From the NCBI RefSeq assembly GCF_009914755.1, contig NC_060926.1: 64,000 nucleotides of DNA; one strand, 5' to 3'. The translations under genes were made by a program, and so were the position numbers. The notes below the pieces were generated by a model. It worked only from the letters and a program-made list of their open reading frames with translations, was not told the DNA's origin and made no database searches. Positions 39,201 through 51,200 of the stretch are shown here, piece after piece. How positions within the stretch are numbered: the first letter of the stretch is position 1; each line of letters begins with the position of its first letter. Origin of the DNA: the human T2T-CHM13v2.0 reference genome, Homo sapiens.

Positions 39201-42200
39201 TTTTGATAGAGCAGTTTTGAAACACTCTTTTTGTGGAATCTGCAAGTGGATATTTGTCTAGCTTTGAGGATTTCGTTGGAAACGGGATTACATATAAAAA
39301 GCAGACAGCAGCATTCCCAGAAACTTCTTTGTGATGTTTGCATTCAAGTCACAGAGTTGAACATTCCCTTTCAGAGAGCAGGTTTGAAACACTCTTTTTG
39401 TAGTATCTGGATGTGGACATTTGGAGCGCTTTCAGGCCTATGGTGAAAAAGGAAATATCTTCCCCTGAAAACTAGACAGAAGCATTCTCAGAATCTTATT
39501 TGTGATGTGCGCCCGCAACTAACAGTGTTGAAGCTTTCTTTTGATAGAGCAGTTTTGAAACACTCTTTTTGTAAAATCTGCAAGAGGATATTTGGATAGC
39601 TTTGAGGATTTCATTGGAAACGGGATTGTCTTCATATAAACTCTAGACAGAAGCATTCTCAGAAGCTTCATTGGGATGTTTCAATTGAAGTCACAGTGTT
39701 GAACAGTACCTTTCATAGAGCAGGTTTGAAACACTCCTTTTGTAGTATCTGGAAGTGGACATTTGGAGCGCTCTCAGGACTGCGGTGAAAAAGGAACTAT
39801 CTTCCAATAAAAGCTAGATAGAAGCAATGTCAGAAACTTTTTCATGATGTATCTACTCAGCTAACAGAGTTGAACCTTCCTTTGAGAGAGCAGTTTTGAA
39901 ACACTCTTTTTGTGGAATCTGCAAGTGGATATTTGTCTAGCTTTGAGGATTTCGTTGGAAACGGGATTGTCTTCATATAAACTCTAGACAGAAGCATTCT
40001 CAGAAGCTTCATTGGGATGTTTCAATTGAAGTCACAGTGTTGAACAGTTCCTTTCATAGAACAGGTTTGAAACACTCTTTTTGTAGTATCTGGAAGTGGA
40101 CATTTGGAGCGCTCTCAGGACTGCGGTGAAAAAGGAACTATCTTCCAATAAAAGCTACATAGAAGCAATGTCAGAAACTTTTTCATGATGTATCTACTCA
40201 GCTAACAGAGTTGAACCTTTCCTTTGAGAGAGCAGTTTTGAAACACTCTTTTTGTGGAATCTGCAGGTGGATATTTGTCTAGCTTTGAGGATTTCGTTGG
40301 AAACGGGATTACATATAAAAAGCAGACAGCAGCATTCCCAGTAACTTCTTTGTGATGTTTGCATTCAAGTCACAGAGTTGAACATTGCCTTTCATAGAGC
40401 AGGTTTCAAACACTCTTTTTGTAGTATCTGGATGTGGACATTTGGAGCGCTTTCAGGCCTATGGTGAAAAAGGAAATATCTTCCCCTGAAAACTAGACAG
40501 AAGCATTCTCAGAATCTTATTTGTGATGTGCGCCCTCAACTAACAGTGTTGAAGCTTTCTTTTGATAGAGCAGTTTTGAAACACTCTTTTTGTAAAATCT
40601 GCAAGAGGATATTTGGATAGCTTTGAGGATTTCGTTGGAAACGGGATTGTCTTCATATAAACTCTAGACAGAAGCATTCTCAGAATCTTCATTGGGATGT
40701 TTCAATTGAAGTCACAGTGTTGAACAGTCCCTTTCATAGAGCAGGTTTCAAACACTCTTTTTGTAGTATCTGGATGTGGACATTTGGAGCGCTTTCAGGC
40801 CTATGGTTTAAAAGGAAATATCTTCCCCTGAAAACTAGACAGAAGCATTCTCAGAAACTTATTTGTGATGTGCGCCCTCAACTAACAGTGTTGAAGCATT
40901 CTTTTGATAGAGCAGTTTTGAAACACTCTTTTTGTGGAATCTGCAAGTGGATATTTGTCTAGCTTTGAGGATTTCGTTGGAAACGGGATTACATATGAAA
41001 AGCAGACAGCAGCATTCCCAGAAACTTCTTTGTGATGTTTGCATTCAACTCACAGAGTTGAACATTCCCTTTCATAGAGCAGGTTTGAAACACTCTTTTT
41101 GTAGTATCTGGATGTGGACATTTGGAGCGCTTTCAGGCCTATGGTGAAAAAGGAAATATCTTCCCCTGAAAACTAGACAGAAGCATTCTCAGAAACTTAT
41201 TTGTGATGTGCGCCCTCAACTAACAGTGTTGAAGCTTTCTTTTGATAGAGCAGTTTTGAAACACTCTTTTTGTAATATCTGCAAGAGGATATTTGGATAG
41301 CTTTGAGGATTTCGTTGGAAACGGGATTAATTATAAAAAGCAGACAGCAGCATTCCCAGAATCTTGTTTGTGATGTTTGCATTCAAGTGACAGAGTTGAA
41401 CATTCCCTTTCAGAGAGCAGGTTTGAAACACTCTTTTTATAGTATCTGGATGTGGACATTTGGAGCGCTTTCAGGCCTATTGTGAAAAAGGAAATATCTT
41501 CTCCTGAAAACTAGACAGAAGCATTCTCAGAATCTTATTTGTGATGTGCGCCCTCAACTAACAGTGTTGAAGCTTTCTTTTGATAGAGCAGTTTTGAAAC
41601 ACTCTTTTCGTAAAATCTGCAAGAGGATATTTTGATAGCTTTGAGGATTTCGTTGGAAACGGGATTGTCTTCATATAAACTCTAGACAGAAGCATTCTCA
41701 GAAGCTTCATTGGGATGTTTCAATTGAAGTCACAGTGTTGAACAGTCCCTTTCATAGAGCAGGTTTGAAACACTCTTTTTGTAGTATCTGAAGTGGACAT
41801 TTGGAGAGATCTCAGGAATACGGTGATAAAGGAAATATCTTCCAATAAAAGCTAGATAGAAGCAATGTCAGAAACTTTTTCATGATGTATCTACTCAGCT
41901 AACAGAGTTGAACCTTTCTTTTGAGAGAGCAGTTTTGAAACACTCTTTTTGTGGAATCTGCAAGTGGATATTTGTCTAGCTTTGAGGATTTCGTTGGAAA
42001 CGGGATTACATATAAAAAGCAGACAGCAGCATTCCCAGTAACTTCTTTGTGAGGTTTGCATTCAAGTGACAGAGTTGAACATTCCCTTTCATAGAGCAGG
42101 TTTGAAACACTCTTTTTGTAGTATCTGGATGTGGACATTTGGAGCGCTTTCAGGCCTATGGTGAAAAAGGAAATATCTTCCAATAAAAGCTACATAGAAG

Positions 42201-45200
42201 CAATGTCAGAAACTTTTTCATGATGTATCTACTCAGCTAACAGAGTTGAACCTTTCTTTTGAGAGAGCAGTTTTGAAACACTCTTTTTGTGGAATCTGGA
42301 AGTGGATATTTGTCTAGCTTTGAGGATTTCGTTGGAAACGGGATTACATATAAAAAGCAGACAGCAGCATTCCCAGTAACTTCTTTGTGACGTTTGCATT
42401 CAAGTCACAGAGTTGAACATTGCCTTTCATAGAGCAGGTTTCAAACACTCTTTTTGTAGTATCTGGATGTGGACATTTGGAGCGCTTTCAGGCCTATGGT
42501 GAAAAAGGAAATATCTTCCCCTGAAAACTAGACAGAAGAATTCTCAGAATCTTATTTGTGATGTGCGCCATCAACTAACAGTGTTGAAGCTTTCTTTTGA
42601 TAGAGCAGTTTTGAAACACTTTTTTTGTAAAATCTGCAAGAGGATATTTGGATAGCTTTGAGGATTTCGTTGGAAACGGGATTGTCTTCATATAAACTCT
42701 AGACAGAAGCATTCTCAGAAGCGTCATTGGGATGTTTCAATTGAAGTCACAGTGTTGAACATTCCCTTTCATAGAGCAGGTTTGAAACACTCTTTTTGTA
42801 GTATCTGGATGTGGACATTTGGAGCGCTTTCAGGCCTATGGTTTAAAAGGAAATATCTTCCCCTGAAAACTAGACAGAAGCATTCTCAGAAACTTATTTG
42901 TGATGTGCGCCCTCAACTAACAGTGTTGAAGCATTCTTTTGATAGAGCAGTTTTGAAACACTCTTTTTGTGGAATCTGCAAGTGGATATTTGTCTAGCTT
43001 TGAGGATTTCGTTGGAAACGGGATTACATATAAAAAGCAGACAGCAGCATTCCCAGTAACTTCTTTGTGATGTTTGCATTCAAGCCAGAGAGTTGAACAT
43101 TCCCTTTCATAGAGCAGGTTTGAAACACTCTTTTTGAAGTATCTGGTTGTGGACATTTGGAGCGCTTTCAGGCCTATGGTGAAAAAGGAAATATCTTCCC
43201 CTGAAAACTAGACAGAAGCATTCTCAGAAACTTATTTGTGATGTGCGCCCTCAACTAACAGTGTTGAACCTTTCTTTTGATAGAGCAGTTTTGAAACACT
43301 CTTTTTGTAATATCTGCAAGAGGATATTTGGATAGCTTTGAGGATTTCGTTGGAAACGGGATTGTCTTCATATAAACTCTAGACAGAAGCATTCTCAGAA
43401 GCTTCATTGGGATGTTTCAATTGAAGTCACAGTGTTGAACAGTCCCTTTCATAGAGCAGGTTTGAAACACTCTTTTTGTAGTATCTGGAAGTGGACATTT
43501 GGAGCGCTCTCAGGACTACGATGATAAAGGAAATATCTTCCAATAAAAGCTAGATAGAAGCAATGTCACAAACTTTTTCATGATGTATCTACTCAGCTAA
43601 CAGAGTTGAACCTTTCTTTTGAGAGAGCAGTTTTGAAACACTCTTTTTGTGGAATCTGCAAGTGGATATTTGTCTAGCTTTGAGGATTTCGTTGGAAACG
43701 GGATTACATATAAAAAGCAGACAGCAGCATTCCCAGAATCTTCTTTGTGATGTTTGCATTCAAGTCACAGAGTTGAACATTCCCTTTCATAGAGCAGGTT
43801 TGAAACACTCTTTTTGTAGTATCTGGATGTGGACATTTGGAGCGCTTTCAGGCCTATGGTGAAAAAGGAAATATCTTCCCCTGAAAACTAGACAGAAGCA
43901 TTCTCAGAATCTTATTTGTGATGTGCGCCCTCAACTAACAGTGTTGAAGCTTTCTTTTGATAGAGCAGTTTTGAAACACTCTTTTTGTAAAATCTGCAAG
44001 AGGATATTTGGATAGCTTTGAGGATTTCGTTGGAAACGGGATTGTCTTCATATAAACTCTAGACAGAAGCATTCTCAGAAGCTTCATTGGGATGTTTCAA
44101 TTGAAGTCACAGTGTTGAACAGTCCCTTTCATAGAGCAGGTTTGAAACACTCTTTTTGTAGTATCTGGAAGTGGACATTTGGAGCGCTCTCAGGACTGCG
44201 GTGAAAAAGGAAATATCTTCCAATAAAAGCTAGATAGAAGCAATGTCAGAAACTTTTTCATGATGTATCTACTCAGCTAACAGAGTTGAACCTTCATTTG
44301 AGAGAGCAGTTTTGAAACACTCGTTTTGTGGAATCTGCAAGTGGATATTTGTCTAGCTTTGAGGATTTCGTTGGAAACGGGATTACATATAAAAAGCAGA
44401 CAGCAGCATTCCCAGAAACTTCTTTTTGATGTTTGCATTCAAGTCACAGAGTTGAACATTCCCTTTCATAGAGCAGGTTTGAAACACTCTTTTTGTAGTA
44501 TCTGGATGTGTACATTTGCAGCACTTTCAGGCCTAAGGTGAAAAAGGAAATATCTTCCCCTGAAAACTAGACAGAAGCATTCTCAGAAACTTATTTGTGA
44601 TGTGCGCCCTCAACTAACAGTGTTGAAGCTTTCTTTTGATAGAGCAGTTTTGAAACACTCTTTTTGTAATATCTGCAAGAGGATATTTGGATAGCTTTGA
44701 GGATTTCGTTGGAAACGGGTTTGTCTTCATATAAACTCTAGACAGAAGCATTCTCAGAAGCTTCATTGGGATGTTTCAATTGAAGTCACAGTGTTGAACA
44801 GTTCCTTTCATAGAACAGGTTTGAAACACTCTTTTTGTAGTATCTGGAAGTGGACATTTGGAGCGCTCTCAGGACTATGGTGAAAAAGGAAATATCTTCC
44901 AATAAAAGCTACATAGAAGCAATGTCAGAAACTTTTTCATGATGTATCTACTCAGCTAACAGAGTTGAACCTTTCCTTTGAGAGAGCAGTTTTGAAACAC
45001 TCTTTTTGTGGAATCTGCAAGTGGATATTTGTCTAGCTTTGAGGATTTCGTTGGAAACGGGATTACATATAAAAAGCAGACAGCAGCATTCCCAGTAACT
45101 TCTTTGTGATGTTTGCATTCAAGTCACAGAGTTGAATATTCCCTTTCATAGAGCAGGTTTGAAACACTCTTTTTGTAGTATCTGGATGTGGACATTTGGA

Positions 45201-48200
45201 GCGCTTTCAGGCCTATGGTGAAAAAGGAAATATCTTCCCCTGAAAACTAGACAGAAGCATTCTCAGAAACTTATTTGTGATGTGCGCCCTCAACTAACAG
45301 TGTTGAACCTTTCTTTTGATAGAGCAGTTTTGAAACACTCTTTTTGTAAAATCTGCAAGAGGATATTTGGATAGCTTTGAGGATTTCGTTGGAAACGGGA
45401 TTGTCTTCATATAAACTCTAGACAGAAGCATTCTCAGAAGCTTCATTGGGATGTTTCAATTGAAGTCACAGTGTTGAACAGTCCCTTTCATAGAGCAGGT
45501 TTGAAACACTCTTTTTGTAGTATCTGGATGTGGACATTTGGAGCGCTTTCAGGCCTATGGTTTAAAAGGAAATATCTTCCCCTGAAAACTAGACAGAAGC
45601 ATTCTCAGAAACTTATTTGTGATGTGCGCCCTCAACTAACAGTGTTGAAGCATTCTTTTGATAGAGCAGTTTTGAAACACTCTTTTTGTGGAATCTGCAA
45701 GTGGATATTTGTCTAGCTTTGAGGATTTCGTTGGAAACGGGATTAATTATAAAAAGCAGACAGCAGCATTCCCAGAATCCTGTTTGTGATGTTTGCATTC
45801 AAGTCACAGAGTTGAACATTCCCTTTCAGAGAGCAGGTTTGAAACACTCTTTTTATAGTATCTGGATGTGGACATTTGGAGCGCTTTCAGGCCTATGATG
45901 AAAAAGGAAATATCTTCTCCTGAAAACTAGACAGAAGCATTCTCAGAATCTTATTTGTGATGTGCGCCCTCAACTAACAGTGTTGAAGCTTTCTTTTGTT
46001 AGAGCAGTTTTGAAACACTCTTTTCGTAAAATCTGCAAGAGGATATTTGGATAGCTTTGAGGATTTCGTTGGAAACGGGATTGTCTTCATATAAACTCTA
46101 GACAGAAGCATTCTCAGAAGCTTCATTGGGATGTTTCAATTGAAGTCACAGTGTTGAACAGTCCCTTTCATAGAGCAGGTTTGAAACACTCTTTTTGTAG
46201 TATCTGGAAGTGGACATTTGGAGAGATCTCAGGAATACGGTGATAAAGGTAATATCTTCCAATAAAAGCTAGATAGAAGCAATGTCAGAAACTTTTTCAT
46301 GATGTATCTACTCAGCTAACAGAGTTGAACCTTTCTTTTGAGAGAGCAGTTTTGAAACACTCTTTTTGTGGAATCTGCAAGTGGATATTTGTCTAGCTTT
46401 GAGGATTTCGTTGGAAACGGGATTACATATAAAAAGCAGACAGCAGCATTCCCAGTAACTTCTTTGTGATGTTTGCATTCAAGTCACAGAGTTGAACATT
46501 CCCTTTCATAGAGCAGGTTTGAAACACTTTTTTTGTAGTATCTGGATGTGGACATTTGGAGCGCTTTCAGGCCTATGGTGAAAAAGGAAATATCTTCCAA
46601 TAAAAGCTAGATAGAAGCAATGTCAGAAACTTTTTCATGATGTATCTACTCAGCTAACAGAGTTGAACCTTTCTTTTGAGAGAGCAGTTTTGAAACACTC
46701 TTTTTGTAAAATCTGCAAGAGGATATTTGGATAGCTTTGAGGATTTCGTTGGAAACGGGATTGTCTTCATATAAACTCTAGACAGAAGCATTCTCAGAAG
46801 CGTCATTGGGATGTTTCAATTGAAGTCACAGTGTTGAACAGTCCCTTTCATAGAGCAGGTTTGAAACACTCTTTTTGTAGTATCTGGATGTGGACATTTG
46901 GAGCGCTTTCAGGCCTATGGTTTAAAAGGAAATATCTTCCCCTGAAAACTAGACAGAAGCATTCTCAGAAACTTATTTGTGATGTGCGCCTTCAACTAAC
47001 AGTGTTGAAGCATTCTTTTGATAGAGCAGTTTTGAAACACTCTTTTTGTGGAATCTGCAAGTGGATATTTGTCTAGCTTTGAGGATTTCGTTGGAAACGG
47101 GATTACATATAAAAAGCAGACAGCAGCATTCCCAGAAACTTCTTTGTGATGTTTGCATTCAAGTCACAGAGTTGAACATTCCCTTTCAGAGAGCAGGTTT
47201 GAAACACTCTTTTTGTAGTATCTGGATGTGGACATTTGGAGCGCTTTCAGCCCTATGGTGAAAAAGGAAATATCTTCCCCTGAAAACTAGACAGAAGCAT
47301 TCTCAGAATCTTATTTGTGATGTGCGCCCTCAACTAACAGTGTTGAAGCTTTCTTTTGATAGAGCAGTTTTGAAACACTCTTTTTGTAAAATCTGCAAGA
47401 GGATATTTGGATAGCTTTGAGGATTTCGTTGGAAACGGGATTGTCTTTATATAAACTCTAGACAGAAGCATTCTCAGAAGCTTCATTGGGATGTTTCAAT
47501 TGAAGTCACAGTGTTGAACAGTCCCTTTCATAGAGCAGGTTTGAAACACTCTTTTTGTAGTATCTGGAAGTGGACATTTAGAGCGCTCTCAGGACTGCGG
47601 TGAAAAAGGAACTATCTTCCAATAAAAGCTAGATAGAAGCAATGTCAGAAACTTTTTCATGATGTATCTACTCAGCTAACAGAGTTGAACCTTCCTTTGA
47701 GAGAGCAGTTTTGAAACACTCTTTTTGTGGAATCTGCAAGTGGATATTTGTCTAGCTTTGAGGATTTCGTTGGAAACGGGATTACATATAAAAAGCAGAC
47801 AGCAGCATTCCCAGAAACTTCTTTGTGATGTTTGCATTCAAGTCACAGAGTTGAACATTCCCTTTCATAGAGCAGGTTTGAAACACTCTTTTTGTAGTAT
47901 CTGGATGTGGACATTTGCAGCGCTTTCAGGCCTAAGGTGAAAAAGGAAATATCTTCCCCTGAAAACTAGACAGAAGCATTCTCAGAAACTTATTTGTGAT
48001 GTGCGCCCTCAACTAACAGTGTTGAAGCTTTCTTTTGATAGAGCAGTTTTGAAACACTCTTTTTGTAATATCTGCAAGAGGATATTTGGATAGCTTTGAG
48101 GATTTCGTTGGAAACGGGATTGTCTTCATATAAACTCTAGGCAGAAGCATTCTCAGAAGCTTCATTGGGATGTTTCAATTGAAGTCACAGTGTTGAACAG

Positions 48201-51200
48201 TTCCTTTCATAGAACAGGTTTGAAACACTCTTTTTGTAGTATCTGGAAGTGGACATTTGGAGCGCTCTCAGGACTACGGTGAAAATGGAAATATCTTCCA
48301 ATAAAAGCTAGATAGAAGCAATGTCAGAAACTTTTTCATGATGTATCTACTCAGCTAACAGAGTTGAACCTTTCTTTTGAGAGAGCAGTTTTGAAACACT
48401 CGTTTTGTGGAATCTGCAAGTGGATATTTGTCTAGCTTTGAGGATTTCGTTGGAAACGGGATTACATATAAAAAGCAGACAGCAGCATTCCCAGAAACTT
48501 CTTTGTGATGTTTGCATTCAAGTCACAGAGTTGAACATTCCCTTTCATAGAGCAGGTTTGAAACACTCTTTTTGTAGTATCTGGATGTGGACATTTGCAG
48601 CGCTTTCAGGCCTAAGGTGAAAAAGGAAATATCTTCCCCTGAAAACTAGACAGAAGCATTCTCAGAAACTTATTTGTGATGTGCGCCCTCAACTAACAGT
48701 GTTGAAGCTTTCTTTTGATAGAGCAGTTTTGAAACACTCTTTTTGTAAAATCTGCAAGAGGATATTTGGATAGCTTTGAGGATTTCGTTGGAAACGGGAT
48801 TGTCTTCATATAAACTCTAGACAGAAGCATTCTCAGAAGCTTCATTGGGATGTTTCAATTGAAGTCACAGTGTTGAACAGTCCCTTTCATAGAGCAGGTT
48901 TGAAACACTCTTTTTGTAGTATCTGGAAGTGGACATTTGGAACGCTCTCAGGACTGCGGTGAAAAAGGAAATATCTTCCAATAAAAGCTACATAGAAGCA
49001 ATGTCAGAAACTTTTTCATGATGTATCTACTCAGCTAACAGAGTTGAACCTTTCTTTTGAGAGAGCAGTTTTGAAACACTCTTTTTGTAAAATCTGCAAG
49101 AGGATATTTGGATAGCTTTGAGGATTTCGTTGGAAACGGGATTGTCTGCATATAAACTCTAGACAGAAGCATTCTCAGAAGCGTCATTGGGATGTTTCAA
49201 TTGAAGTCACAGTGTTGAACAGTCCCTTTCATAGAGCAGGTTTGAAACACTCTTTTTGTAGTATCTGGATGTGGACATTTGGAGCGCTTTCAGGCCTATG
49301 GTTTAAAAGGAAATATCTTCCCCTGAAAACTAGACAGAAGCATTCTCAGAAACTTATTTGTGATGTGCGCCTTCAACTAACAGTGTTGAAGCATTCTTTT
49401 GATAGAGCAGTTTTGAAACACTCTTTTTGTGGAACCTGCAAGTGGATATTTGTCTAGCTTTGAGGATTTCGTTGGAAACGGGATTACATATAAAAAGCAG
49501 ACAGCAGCATTCCCAGAAACTTCTTTGTGATGTTTGCATTCAAGTCACAGAGTTGAACATTCCCTTTCATAGAGCAGGTTTGAAACACTCTTTTTGTAGT
49601 ATCTGGATGTGGACATTTGGAGCGCTTTCAGCCCTATGGTGAAAAAGGAAATATCTTCCCCTGAAAACTAGACAGAAGCATTCTCAGAATCTTATTTGTG
49701 ATGTGCGCCCTCAACTAACAGTGTTGAAGCTTTCTTTTGATAGAGCAGTTTTGAAACACTCTTTTTGTAAAATCTGCAAGAGGATATTTGGATAGCTTTG
49801 AGGATTTCGTTGGAAACGGGATTGTCTTCATATAAACTCTAGACAGAAGCATTCTCAGAAGCTTCATTGGGATGTTTCAATTGAAGTCACAGTGTTGAAC
49901 AGTCCCTTTCATAGAGCAGGTTTGAAACACTCTTTTTGTAGTATCTGGAAGTGGACATTTGGAGCGCTCTCAGGACTGCGGTGAAAAAGGAACTATCTTC
50001 CAATAAAAGCTAGATAGAAGCAATGTCAGAAACATTTTCATGATGTATCTACTCAGCTAACAGAGTTGAACCTTCCTTTGAGAGAGCAGTTTTGAAACAC
50101 TCTTTTTGTGGAATCTGCAAGTGGATATTTGTCTAGCTTTGAGGATTTCGTTGGAAACGGGATTACATATAAAAAGCAGACAGCAGCATTCCCAGAAACT
50201 TCTTTGTGATGTTTGCATTCAAGTCACAGAGTTGAACATTCCCTTTCATAGAGCAGGTTTGAAACACTCTTTTTGTAGTATCTGGATGTGGACATTTGCA
50301 GCGCTTTCAGGCCTAAGGTGAAAAAGGAAATATCTTCCCCTGAAAACTAGACAGAAGCATTCTCAGAAACTTATTTGTGATGTGCGCCCTCAACTAACAG
50401 TGTTGAAGCTTTCTTTTGATAGAGCAGTTTTGAAACACTCTTTTTGTAATATCTGCAAGAGGATATTTGGATAGCTTTGAGGATTTCGTTGGAAACGGGA
50501 TTGTCTTCATATAAACTCTAGACAGAAGCATTCTCAGAAGCTTCATTGGGATGTTTCAATTGAAGTCACAGTGTTGAACAGTTCCTTTCATAGAACAGGT
50601 TTGAAACACTCTTTTTGTAGTATCTGGAAGTGGACATTTGGAGCGCTCTCAGGACTACGGTGAAAATGGAAATATCTTCCAATAAAAGCTACATAGAAGC
50701 AATGTCAGAAACTTTTTCATGATGTATCTACTCAGCTAACAGAGTTGAACCTTTCCTTTGAGAGAGCAGTTTTGAAACACTCTTTTTGTGGAATCTGCAA
50801 GTGGATATTTGTCTAGCTTTGAGGATTTCGTTGGAAACGGGATTACATATAAAAAGCAGACAGCAGCATTCCCAGAATCTTCTTTGTGATGTTTGCATTC
50901 AAGTCACAGAGTTGAACATTCCCTTTCATAGAGCAGGTTTCAAACACTCTTTTTGTAGTATCTGGATGTGGACATTTGGAGCGCTTTCAGGCCTATGGTG
51001 AAAAAGGAAATATCTTCCCCTGAAAACTAGACAGAAGCATTCTCAGAATCTTATTTGTGATGTGCGCCCTCAACTAACAGTGTTGAAGCTTTCTTTTGAT
51101 AGAGCAGTTTTGAAACACTCTTTTTGTAATATCTGCAAGAGGATATTTGGATAGCTTTGAGGATTTCGTTGGAAACGGGATTGTCTTCATATAAACTCTA

